A stretch of DNA of 64,000 nucleotides from NCBI GenBank assembly GCA_020353515.1, contig CP070695.1:2642155-2706154 (forward strand), written 5' to 3'. The notes beneath the pieces are model-generated. The model saw only the letters and a list, made by a program, of their open reading frames with translations, was not told the origin of the DNA and did not search any database. Position 1 is the stretch's first letter. Every line of letters begins with the position of its first letter. Made by a program: the position numbers and the translations under genes. Below, one piece after another: positions 10,102 through 18,606 of this stretch. This stretch comes from Candidatus Heimdallarchaeota archaeon. Its GTDB lineage: Archaea; Asgardarchaeota; Heimdallarchaeia; Hodarchaeales; Hodarchaeaceae.

Positions 10102-10491
10102 TTATTCCACTTCAACTACTCCTGCACCAGCATCAATGATTACTTTTGATCCAGTTGTTATTTGACTGGTATCGATTTGATCTACACAGGGGATTTCCCC
10201 AATAATGCACCCAACAGCTACAATCGCTTCGCATTCTTGAAGGATTAGTGCCTTAGGTCCTTTTCCAGTCTTGGCCATTTGATAAATTACATAAGATCCG
10301 ACCGTTGACCCTTTACCTGTCGGAAACACCAGTATTTTATCGGTGGTGTCGACACCTTCTAATTCATGGCCTTTCTCGACTACTATTCCAGTCTCGGGGT
10401 CAACTCCGCCATAAAACGAGATACTATCTTTTGTCACTAGGGCTTCCCCTTCGGTCTTTCCTTGGTAAATTCGTCTACCTGTCAATTTCAT
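10102..10491 (-). CDS. Phosphomevalonate dehydratase small subunit (AcnX swivel, DUF126)
   Basis: ISFYGGVDPETG, GKGSTVGSY. Start placed at ATG 10491, overlapping the upstream stop (ATGA). Confidence 0.93.
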   Translation of the reverse strand: MKLTGRRIYQGKTEGEALVTKDSISFYGGVDPETGIVVEKGHELEGVDTTDKILVFPTGKGSTVGSYVIYQMAKTGKGPKALILQECEAIVAVGCIIGEIPCVDQIDTSQITTGSKVIIDAGAGVVEVE

Positions 10492-11669
10492 TTTAAGGCC
10501 TCCTCTATACATTCATCTACAGACATTAATTTCACTGAAAATTTATTCCTACCCGATCCATAATAACACATTTTAGCTGAATCGGATGCCAAGCCATGAA
10601 ATCGTCCTTTGATTGGAGCGACGACACAACATGTGTCTGCAGCAACTTTTGCTCCTGAATCTTCAATCATTTTTGTAAAACCCATACGATCAGCGATTTG
10701 TTTAGTAGGACGAGCCGTTGTGACCCATACCTCTTTTTGGGGATTTGTTTTTTTACCTTCTAATTGTTTAGCAATGTATTCTAATTCCGCTAGAGAGGCG
10801 TGTGGACATCCTAAGCTTATAAAATCAATCTCTGTATCTTCATCAAGATCAGCCATTGCACCTTTAAGATCATCTTCGTTTACTTCTATAGTCTCAGAAG
10901 GGATCGTTTCAACTCTATCAGGGGTAATGCCTTCCATATGGAATAATGCTACTCCACCATAAGTCGCATATGATGCACAGAATGATTTGAGTTCTTCAAC
11001 AGAAGCTTTTGGAATACCAGTGATATAACTAATCTTCTTTCCCAGACGATCACCTAAGACTTTACCTAATGCTCCAAATTGGAATGTTCCCTCAACTTTT
11101 GTTTTCACTTCAACCTTTACACTTGGCTGCCTGTTTTCATCAAGGTGAAAACCATATTCAGGTGTCTTTCCGACAAGAGCTGCACTGAGAGCGCTGGGGC
11201 CGCCTTCTCGGTTCGTTCTAGCACCTAAGACTGAGTTTGCATAGCAGACCGCGCTACTTTCAGACCAAGCAATGTGTTGACCATAATGAGGCAAGTTACC
11301 ATATAGGTAGGGAGTGCAACTGCAAGTAGTAATCACACCCATCTTTCCAAACGCTTCAACAACCCGGTGTTGGTTTTCTGCGAAATCTTCACTGATGGCT
11401 AATTTTTTCCATTCTTCAAGGTCCATACCCGCAGGATTGAGAGTGGTAAAAACTCTTACTTTGCCATCAACAGCCATATCAGCTAACCATTCTAGGCCAG
11501 GTTCGTTTAAGTTAGCATAACTTACACCTGCAATTTGGACAGATGTGATATCAATCATCCGCTTGGCACCATAAATATCCCCAAGCGTGACTAATATTTC
11601 CATAGCTTTTTGTGTGGCTTTTCCATACTTGCCTGCAGCCATATCTTGTTCTTCATTAGTTAGTTCCAT
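10488..11669 (-). CDS. Phosphomevalonate dehydratase large subunit (AcnX, DUF521)
   Basis: TTLNPAG, CSCTPY, WSESSAV.YANSV.GARTNREGG, GCPH, DTCCVV. Confidence 0.95.
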   Translation of the reverse strand: MELTNEEQDMAAGKYGKATQKAMEILVTLGDIYGAKRMIDITSVQIAGVSYANLNEPGLEWLADMAVDGKVRVFTTLNPAGMDLEEWKKLAISEDFAENQHRVVEAFGKMGVITTCSCTPYLYGNLPHYGQHIAWSESSAVCYANSVLGARTNREGGPSALSAALVGKTPEYGFHLDENRQPSVKVEVKTKVEGTFQFGALGKVLGDRLGKKISYITGIPKASVEELKSFCASYATYGGVALFHMEGITPDRVETIPSETIEVNEDDLKGAMADLDEDTEIDFISLGCPHASLAELEYIAKQLEGKKTNPQKEVWVTTARPTKQIADRMGFTKMIEDSGAKVAADTCCVVAPIKGRFHGLASDSAKMCYYGSGRNKFSVKLMSVDECIEEALK

Positions 11670-11686
11670 ACTTCATCTCCTCATTT

Positions 11687-12999
11687 TCACATATAATCTT
11701 TTAAATCAACTTCGGGAAATTCAGCCCGAGTAAAACTTTTCCCCTTTGTCACCAAAGGGGCAGTAAAATCAAAACCAATTTTATTTGTGATTTTCGTCCC
11801 TGGTTCTGCACTCGGGTCTAAGCTAGAACCTGGTTCCTTTCCCATGTCTACTAAGTCTCTTTCAGCCTGAAAACGAGTTGCCATTGACCATTCCACTTCT
11901 AAGGGGTTATAGATATCAATATCTTTATCGACAACAAATACATGTTTACAGCTTCTATGTCCAGCGAAGGCAGCACGTATAGCTTTCTTTCCATCTTCTT
12001 CGTTCTGTTTATCGATCCTCACTATGGCATGAAGCCATGAGGAACCACCAGGGTTTACATTTACATCTAAACATTTTACCCCTGCTTCATTCACAGACTT
12101 GAATATTGTGGGCTCTCGAGGCATCCCCATAAGGACCTTATGTTCTAAGGCACCTGGGACAAGAGCTTGCCATACTGGGTTTTTCCTATGAGTGACCGTT
12201 TTCACTTCAAAAACAGGTTCATCACGTGTGATATCATATGTTTCAGTAAGATCGATGAATGGCCCTTCTTCCGCACGATCTTTCATGAATACTTTTCCTT
12301 CGAGTACTACCTCACACCCCGCAGGAATTAAGAGATCAACTGAATGGGCTTTTGTCACCTCCGTTTTTGCAAGAGCATTAGCAATCTCTAATTCGTTGAT
12401 TCCCGTTTTTACAGATGTTGCAGCAGCAACAAGTATGTTGGGGGTGTTTCCGACGCAATAAGCTGCCTCTACTTCTCCTGTTCTTTCAAGAAACTTGTAG
12501 AAATCACGTCCTTTAATTATCCGTGTACTCATTCGACTTTCTGAAAATTGCATAGCCCGATGAAAATCAAGGTTTTGACCAAATTCAGGATCTTTGGTCA
12601 CAACAACAGCGGAAGAAATGTATCTACCACCGTCTCGTTCATTATGTTTTAATATTGGAAGTTTATCCAGATTAACTCCATCCATAACAACTTCTTGACA
12701 TGGCGCACCGCTGATTTCCTCGGGTTTCGATTGTCAATCGCTGCTGTCAGTTTAGGAATTAAATCTGCTGTAGTGATTTTAAAATAATCTGCAATGCTTT
12801 CCTTTGTACAAAAAACGTTACCTGAGACCTGAAAATCAGAATATCCTTTTACATTTTCAAATAAAAGGGGGGTTGGTTCTGCTGCCTTTAAGACTGCCGC
12901 TGCTTCTATATCTATGCTAACTTCTTTCTTTATGCTAGTAATTTTTCCACTTTTTTTAAGTTCATTTAGATATTCCCGAAAGTACATTTTATTTTCCAC
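11687..12999 (-). pseudogene. ubiD: UbiD-family anhydromevalonate-phosphate decarboxylase split by a -1 frameshift near 12724 (pseudogene, sequence error or recoding)
   Basis: The N-part (FREYL, PLLFENVKG) and C-part (EGPF, GSSLDPS) are in different frames. Adding one base at CGA-AAC-CCG restores ...NRKPEEISGAPCQEVV. Confidence 0.85.
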
Positions 13000-13014
13000 C
13001 TTCTATACTAGAGC

Positions 13015-13956
13015 TTATACTCCAATTAGAGTTTTCCATGCGGGATGTCCCGCGTCTTTTAATGCGTTGTATACTTTATCTTGAAGTTCTGATCCAGGGG
13101 TTAAAGCGATTATATTTCCTCCTCTTCCAGTTCCAGTTACTTTGGCTCCTAAAGCTCCGTTATCTCTTGCAAGCTTGACCATTTTATCCAAAACATCATT
13201 AGATACAGTGACCTTTTGAAGCAGTTCATGATTTGTGTTCATGAGTTTCCCCACTTGCTCTAATTCCATGTTTTCTAGTGCTTCTCGCCCTTCTTTAATT
13301 ACTTCTTGATATTCTTTAACTATCCCTTCAAACCACTCAGGGTTCTCCTCCTTCTTTTTCCGAACATCTCCAACAACAACTGCTGTATTAGCTGTCATTC
13401 CTGAGCTTGCAATCACTAATTCAATTGGTTTTTCTAGTTTTATTGTTTCTATTGTATTGGGGCCCCCCTTGAGATTTCGAATGAAATAAACTAATCCACC
13501 AAATGTTGAAGCAGTATTATCAATTCCACTAGGAGTACCATGATATCCCTTTTCACCTTCATAAGCAGCATTATTTATTTTCTCATTATCCCATCCTAGG
13601 TTAAATTCATCATTGATTGCTCTCGCAAGTGAAACACAGTTTGCTGCAGATGCTCCAACACCACTAGCACAAACAAGATCTCCACCGAATGTTATCTTCA
13701 GGGAGGTTCCTTCTAGGTTAACTCCCATAAACTCCAAAACATTTTTTATGGCTACTTTTTGCTCGTTAAACTTCTTTTCCTTATATCCAGGGATTTCTGG
13801 TCGGTTATCATTCAATTCATACCCTTTTCCTTCTTTAGATTCAACAACACATGTAGTAGTATCACCTATTGCGGATGCAAGCGCAGGTACACCATATACA
13901 ACAAAATGTTCTCCAAATAAAATGGTTTTTCCATAGCCAGATCCTTTACCAGCCAT
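13015..13956 (-). CDS. mvk: Mevalonate kinase
   Basis: GKTILFGEHFVVYG, SGVGASAA, HGTPSGIDN, GAKVTGTGRGG; AGGTGA SD before ATG 13956. Confidence 0.95.
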   Translation of the reverse strand: MAGKGSGYGKTILFGEHFVVYGVPALASAIGDTTTCVVESKEGKGYELNDNRPEIPGYKEKKFNEQKVAIKNVLEFMGVNLEGTSLKITFGGDLVCASGVGASAANCVSLARAINDEFNLGWDNEKINNAAYEGEKGYHGTPSGIDNTASTFGGLVYFIRNLKGGPNTIETIKLEKPIELVIASSGMTANTAVVVGDVRKKKEENPEWFEGIVKEYQEVIKEGREALENMELEQVGKLMNTNHELLQKVTVSNDVLDKMVKLARDNGALGAKVTGTGRGGNIIALTPGSELQDKVYNALKDAGHPAWKTLIGV

Positions 13957-14262
13957 TTTTATCACCTAATATTTTCTTCCATAAAATTCTCAAAAAACTG
14001 ATTACTTTTTATCAATTTGTAAGTGGAGCTAAAAAATACTTCTGACTGAAAGTAACGAAAAGAAACCCGTTACGTCATTTCCTGATACCCTTACACCCCT
14101 ATATTGAATTTTTATGGCTTACTGTTAATAATGCTTTTCAATAAATTCATAGATTTCTTAAAGGGATAATGTATTTTTACAATCTTGAAAAATTTCTCCT
14201 TTCCACTTATTATGGCCCATTTTGAGAAAGATTGATATAATTAAGAATTAATACTTATAGAT

Positions 14263-15459
14263 ATGAAAACCCTTTCAGATATTGATGTAAAAGGAAAGGT
14301 TTGCTTAACTCGCGTTGATTTCAATTCTCCATTAGATGAGAATAATAACCTCCTTGATACGACGAGAATTAAGGCTCATGCCAAAACAATCAAACGTATT
14401 TCTGACAATAAAGGGAAAGTTGTAGTTATAGCCCACCAAGGACGACCAGGCAGTTCTGATTTTACCAAACTCAAACTTCATGCTGAAAATCTACAAGAAA
14501 TCCTAGGAAAGAATTATAATATAAGTTATAGTCCCTTTACTCACGGACCAGAAGCAGAAATCCTCATAAATTCCTTGAATTCGGGAAATATCCTTGTTTT
14601 GGAAAATGTGCGAATGGTAGAAAATGAGATGAAGAATAGACCAGCAGAGGAACACGCTAAGGATCCTTATATCAAGAGTTTAGCCAAAGTTGGGGATATT
14701 TTTGTGAATGATGCCTTTTCAGCAGCGCATCGTTCTCATGCAAGTTTAGTTGGGTTTACTACACTTATGCCTTCTGTTGCTGGATTAATCATGGAACATG
14801 AGGTTGTTAATCTTCAACGAGTCGTCGATAATCCAGAAAAGCCTTGTATTTTTATTTTAGGTGGAATAAAACCCGAAGACTCGTTTAAAGTGGGAGAATA
14901 TGTTCTAGAAAATAATATCGCTGATTCTGTTTTAACTGGTGGTACGATTTCTCAACTTCTTTTACTTGCCATGGAAAAACCATTGGGCGAATCTACAATG
15001 AATTTTTTAGAGAAGAAAAAGCTTCTCCAATTTCTTGAGACTGCTAAAAATCTCTACAGGCGATTTGGTGAGCAAATCAAGACTCAGTTTGATTTTGCTG
15101 TTGATGAAGGAGGACGTAAACTTTATTCACTTGGAGATCTTCCTCTTGACTCACCAATTTTAGATATTGGTGACCAAACAATTGAAGAGTACGCAAGAAT
15201 TATAGAACGAGCTTCTACAATAGTTTTAAATGGCCCTATGGGAAAATTTGAACAGTCAGGGTTTGAAAACGGAACTTTAGCTGTTTTTAAGGCAATGGAA
15301 AAATCGAATGGGTTTTCTTTAGCGGGTGGAGGTCATAGCGTATCAATTATTGAGAAAAATGACATTAAACTCTCATATGTGAGTACTGCTGGTGGTGCCA
15401 TGATCCAGTTCTTGATGGGAAAACCTCTCCCTGCCATAATAGCTTTGAATGCAAACTAG
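14263..15459 (+). CDS. pgk: Phosphoglycerate kinase
   Basis: RVDFNSP, HQGRPG, FVNDAFSAAHR, NGPMGKFE, STAGGA. Confidence 0.98.
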   Translation: MKTLSDIDVKGKVCLTRVDFNSPLDENNNLLDTTRIKAHAKTIKRISDNKGKVVVIAHQGRPGSSDFTKLKLHAENLQEILGKNYNISYSPFTHGPEAEILINSLNSGNILVLENVRMVENEMKNRPAEEHAKDPYIKSLAKVGDIFVNDAFSAAHRSHASLVGFTTLMPSVAGLIMEHEVVNLQRVVDNPEKPCIFILGGIKPEDSFKVGEYVLENNIADSVLTGGTISQLLLLAMEKPLGESTMNFLEKKKLLQFLETAKNLYRRFGEQIKTQFDFAVDEGGRKLYSLGDLPLDSPILDIGDQTIEEYARIIERASTIVLNGPMGKFEQSGFENGTLAVFKAMEKSNGFSLAGGGHSVSIIEKNDIKLSYVSTAGGAMIQFLMGKPLPAIIALNAN

Positions 15460-15548
15460 ATGATTTTTATGATTTATTAGCTTTTATAGAATCGGAAGAA
15501 ATAAAAAGTAAATTAGAGGAAAAAAATTCGAAGTATGTAATAGTTGGT

Positions 15549-16049
15549 TTGAACATGACTGATTCTAAAGATATTGAGCAGCTTAAAGCAGATCTAGAAC
15601 TAGTTACTAAAACAGCTAAAGTTCTTGCAAATAAGCTGGAAAAAATTTCTCAAAGATTTGAACAACTGTTCATAACCGTGGAAGGAATATCAACCATCCC
15701 GCAAGCGCCGTCTCAAAAAATTGAAGAAATTCAACCAACTCCCAAGCCAGCACCAGCCCCAACACCCTCAGCACAGGCTGTTAGCTCTGGAGGAAGCACA
15801 AAAGCGGGACGATTACTGGATTCTTTTTTAGGTCAGGTTCAGACTATGACTAAGGGAAAAGAGATATCTAAATTGTTATCACGGTTACGAGATCAAGTTA
15901 TGCAGTCTGCAGAGGTGGGTTTTCATCCTGCTTTTCATGAAATGGGAAGATATGCAGATCAAATTAAAAATATTAGTGAAATTACCGCAGCAGAAAAGGA
16001 ACAGCTTTTTGAAAAAATTTATGATTGGAAAGCACGGTTAACTGGGTGA
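15549..16049 (+). CDS. Hypothetical: coiled coil, Pro-rich linker, C-terminal four-helix bundle
   Basis: Clean ORF; PTPKPAPAPTP linker; amphipathic helices. Confidence 0.7.
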   Translation: MNMTDSKDIEQLKADLELVTKTAKVLANKLEKISQRFEQLFITVEGISTIPQAPSQKIEEIQPTPKPAPAPTPSAQAVSSGGSTKAGRLLDSFLGQVQTMTKGKEISKLLSRLRDQVMQSAEVGFHPAFHEMGRYADQIKNISEITAAEKEQLFEKIYDWKARLTG

Positions 16050-16091
16050 CCACGTCTCATCCATTAAAAAAGAAATACTAATGTAAGGAAT

Positions 16092-16619
16092 TCACCCTGA
16101 TCTCACGTGATTCCCGCATTTATTACAGAAAAATGCGTTTTGGGGGATAGTTGCTCCGCAAGATGGACATTTCTGGCGATTCTCGTAGAAGCTGTTGCTA
16201 ACGCTAAAAAATTGGTCTTTTTCTTCTTCATCATCTTTCGATTGAAAAAGAGATGAATTAAAAGGTGAAAAAGATGGTTGTACTGGGTTATCTGGTTTAG
16301 ATGACGGAAAAGAGCTATTTGATGGTGGAAAACTGGAATCTTTGTGTTGATCATTTAGTCGAGCTGTTAAATCCTCAAGTTGGGTTGTGATCTGAGACAT
16401 ATATGGAATAAAAGGACAACTATTGTCTGTATTTCCTTCAACCGTATTTTGATAAGATGTTGACTCTGGTGGAAAGAGCTTGAATCCGATTTTTAGTCCT
16501 TCAGAACCCTCAGTTATTGCTATTCCTTGTTCTAACAACCCTCTTATGACTTCTTTGGCCGAATAAACCCGTCCCTTAATGATGATCTGGCCTGAAATCT
16601 GATCGAAAGGATTATTCAT
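16092..16619 (-). CDS. Hypothetical with C-terminal zinc ribbon
   Basis: CPSCG...FCNKCG after an S/P/F-rich low-complexity linker. Confidence 0.75.
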   Translation of the reverse strand: MNNPFDQISGQIIIKGRVYSAKEVIRGLLEQGIAITEGSEGLKIGFKLFPPESTSYQNTVEGNTDNSCPFIPYMSQITTQLEDLTARLNDQHKDSSFPPSNSSFPSSKPDNPVQPSFSPFNSSLFQSKDDEEEKDQFFSVSNSFYENRQKCPSCGATIPQNAFFCNKCGNHVRSG

Positions 16620-16922
16620 ACCTAAGAGTCCTCGAATATAAAGGATCGCTGATGAATTATAGAATTCGTAACATTAACGTATCATCATGTAGATCTTTCT
16701 AAACCCTAAAAAGCTCTCTTTGGACTTTTTATCATTATTTATCTGATTTTAAAAACCTAAAGCGAATCTATTGAGAGGAGATCAAGGAAATTTTTTGACA
16801 AATCAACTAGTAATCAAACCACATTGCAATTTATCAACAAATTTTTAGGAGGTTTTTTAAACTAATAAGTGGAGAAGAATAATAGTAACCAATATAATCA
16901 TAGTTAATTTAGAGGTGAAAGA

Positions 16923-17165
16923 ATGCCTGCAGCTTTTGTGTTAGTAAATGCTGAGATTGGATCAGAAGATGAAGTCCTTGAGGACTTAAAATCCACTAAA
17001 GGGGTCGTGGGTGCGTGGATTGTTTATGGTGTTTATGACATTGTCGCTAAAGTTGAAGCCGATACCATGGACGAATTGAAAGAAATCATTACGAGTAACA
17101 TTCGAGGATTGGACAACGTTCGGTCAACCTTAACCATGATTGTAGTCGAAGGAGCAAATGAATAG
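16923..17165 (+). CDS. Stand-alone Lrp/AsnC ligand-binding (RAM) domain protein
   Basis: AFVLVN...VYGVYDIVAKV...VRSTLTMIV; GAGGTG SD. Confidence 0.92.
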   Translation: MPAAFVLVNAEIGSEDEVLEDLKSTKGVVGAWIVYGVYDIVAKVEADTMDELKEIITSNIRGLDNVRSTLTMIVVEGANE

Positions 17166-17182
17166 ACTTCATTTCCCTTCTT

Positions 17183-17235
17183 GACTGGACCTTATTGATA
17201 GTAATTAAAACACTACGTCCAGTCTTTCTTTTTTT
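17183..17235 (+). terminator. Stem-loop plus T-tract after the RAM-domain gene
   Basis: GACTGGAC(17183-90)...GTCCAGTC(17217-24) followed by TTTCTTTTTTT. Confidence 0.55.
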
Positions 17236-17333
17236 AATACTGTTTTTCGAAGCGAAGACTAAATTATCTTCTGAACTCTAGCTTTTTTTGATAATTTCTT
17301 CTATGAAAAGCACAAATTATTGAGGGATCATTC

Positions 17334-18026
17334 CTGAAAGAGCTATTAAAAGGTATAACTTGGCTACTTGGCCAGGGTTTAGATTGTAATGTGTTTATTA
17401 TCGAATCCAAAGGCGAATCCTTGATGATTGATTCAGGCCTAGGTCTTGGTTTTGGAGGCCAAAAAAATAGCACTGAAATTTTAAAGGATACTATTTCTAG
17501 TAAGGGCCTTTCTCAAATTTTGTTAACTCATGGGCATATAGACCATGTTGGTGGTCTTATGGCCCTCCAATCCAAGATTGAGCTAGAGGTAATAGCGTCA
17601 GAAATCGAAGCTCAACATTTGAAGTCGGGAGACAGCTCCTATATCGAACCATTTATGGGATCCCAATGCTCCCCCATCGAAATCACTAAAGAAGTAGTTG
17701 AAGGAGATGTCTTTTATGTTGGTAATTTTTCGTTTGATGTATTGCACACTCCTGGCCACACTCATGGATCAATTTCCTTGTGGGATGAAAAAAATAGAAT
17801 CTTAATCAGTGGGGATACAGTTTTTCCTCAAGGATCCTTTGGCAGAACTGATTTACGTACGGGAAATAGTAATGATATGGTGGAATCACTAAAACGCTTA
17901 TCAAGTTTAGATATTCGAGTTCTACTTCCAGGACACATGCCTCCAGTAATTTCCGCTAGTGGATCTCCTCTTAATTCAGTAAAGCAGTCATTCCAAAATG
18001 CTCGGATGATGTTGTCGTACTATTGA
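17334..18026 (+). CDS. Metallo-beta-lactamase-fold hydrolase (glyoxalase II-like)
   Basis: THGHIDH, HTPGHT, SGD, PGH. The frame is open upstream through GQGLDCNV to a CTG at 17334 (ORF track start 17391). Confidence 0.85.
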   Translation: MKELLKGITWLLGQGLDCNVFIIESKGESLMIDSGLGLGFGGQKNSTEILKDTISSKGLSQILLTHGHIDHVGGLMALQSKIELEVIASEIEAQHLKSGDSSYIEPFMGSQCSPIEITKEVVEGDVFYVGNFSFDVLHTPGHTHGSISLWDEKNRILISGDTVFPQGSFGRTDLRTGNSNDMVESLKRLSSLDIRVLLPGHMPPVISASGSPLNSVKQSFQNARMMLSYY

Positions 18027-18509
18027 GACAATTTGATTACATGTTTCATCAATTGTAATATTATCGTTATAAATTTCAACAATCTCTTGACCTGGAAAAA
18101 ATTCAACAGCCTCATAATATACGATATTCATTATTTCAGCTTCAAGATTAGATTCGATTTTGTCTTTGGGATAATTTCGGGAAGTTAATCGTTGTTTGAG
18201 GATGTTGACACCGCAACGTAAGACAATAATAAGATCAATAACGTTTTTCAGAGGAATTATTCCTCCAACTAAGCATAACCGCTTTTTATCAGTTATTATT
18301 GACTCTATATGAGAAATTAATAGCTCGTCATCAATGATTACAGAATCTCGATTAATATCATACCCTAGATAGAATCCTTTCTCAAGGACAAGTGTGTTTA
18401 TCTCTAAATAATCAAGAGATAATTGTTTGCTAAGCTTCTTTGCTACACTTGTCTTTCCTGTTCCAGTTACTCCGGTAATATACAAGCAAAACGGAGAAAG
18501 ATCAACCAT
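17988..18509 (-). CDS. AK6/Fap7-type adenylate kinase/ATPase
   Basis: ITGVTGTGKT P-loop; L.QRL.SRNY...KI..N.EAEI. Confidence 0.88.
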   Translation of the reverse strand: MVDLSPFCLYITGVTGTGKTSVAKKLSKQLSLDYLEINTLVLEKGFYLGYDINRDSVIIDDELLISHIESIITDKKRLCLVGGIIPLKNVIDLIIVLRCGVNILKQRLTSRNYPKDKIESNLEAEIMNIVYYEAVEFFPGQEIVEIYNDNITIDETCNQIVSIVRQHHPSILE

Positions 18510-18606
18510 ATGATATACCCAGAAAGAGGAGTATATTTCTTTATCTTTAAAACTTTGATTTAATTTGTTGAATAATGAAGTGAAAATAATTATTTGGGTT
18601 TGAATC

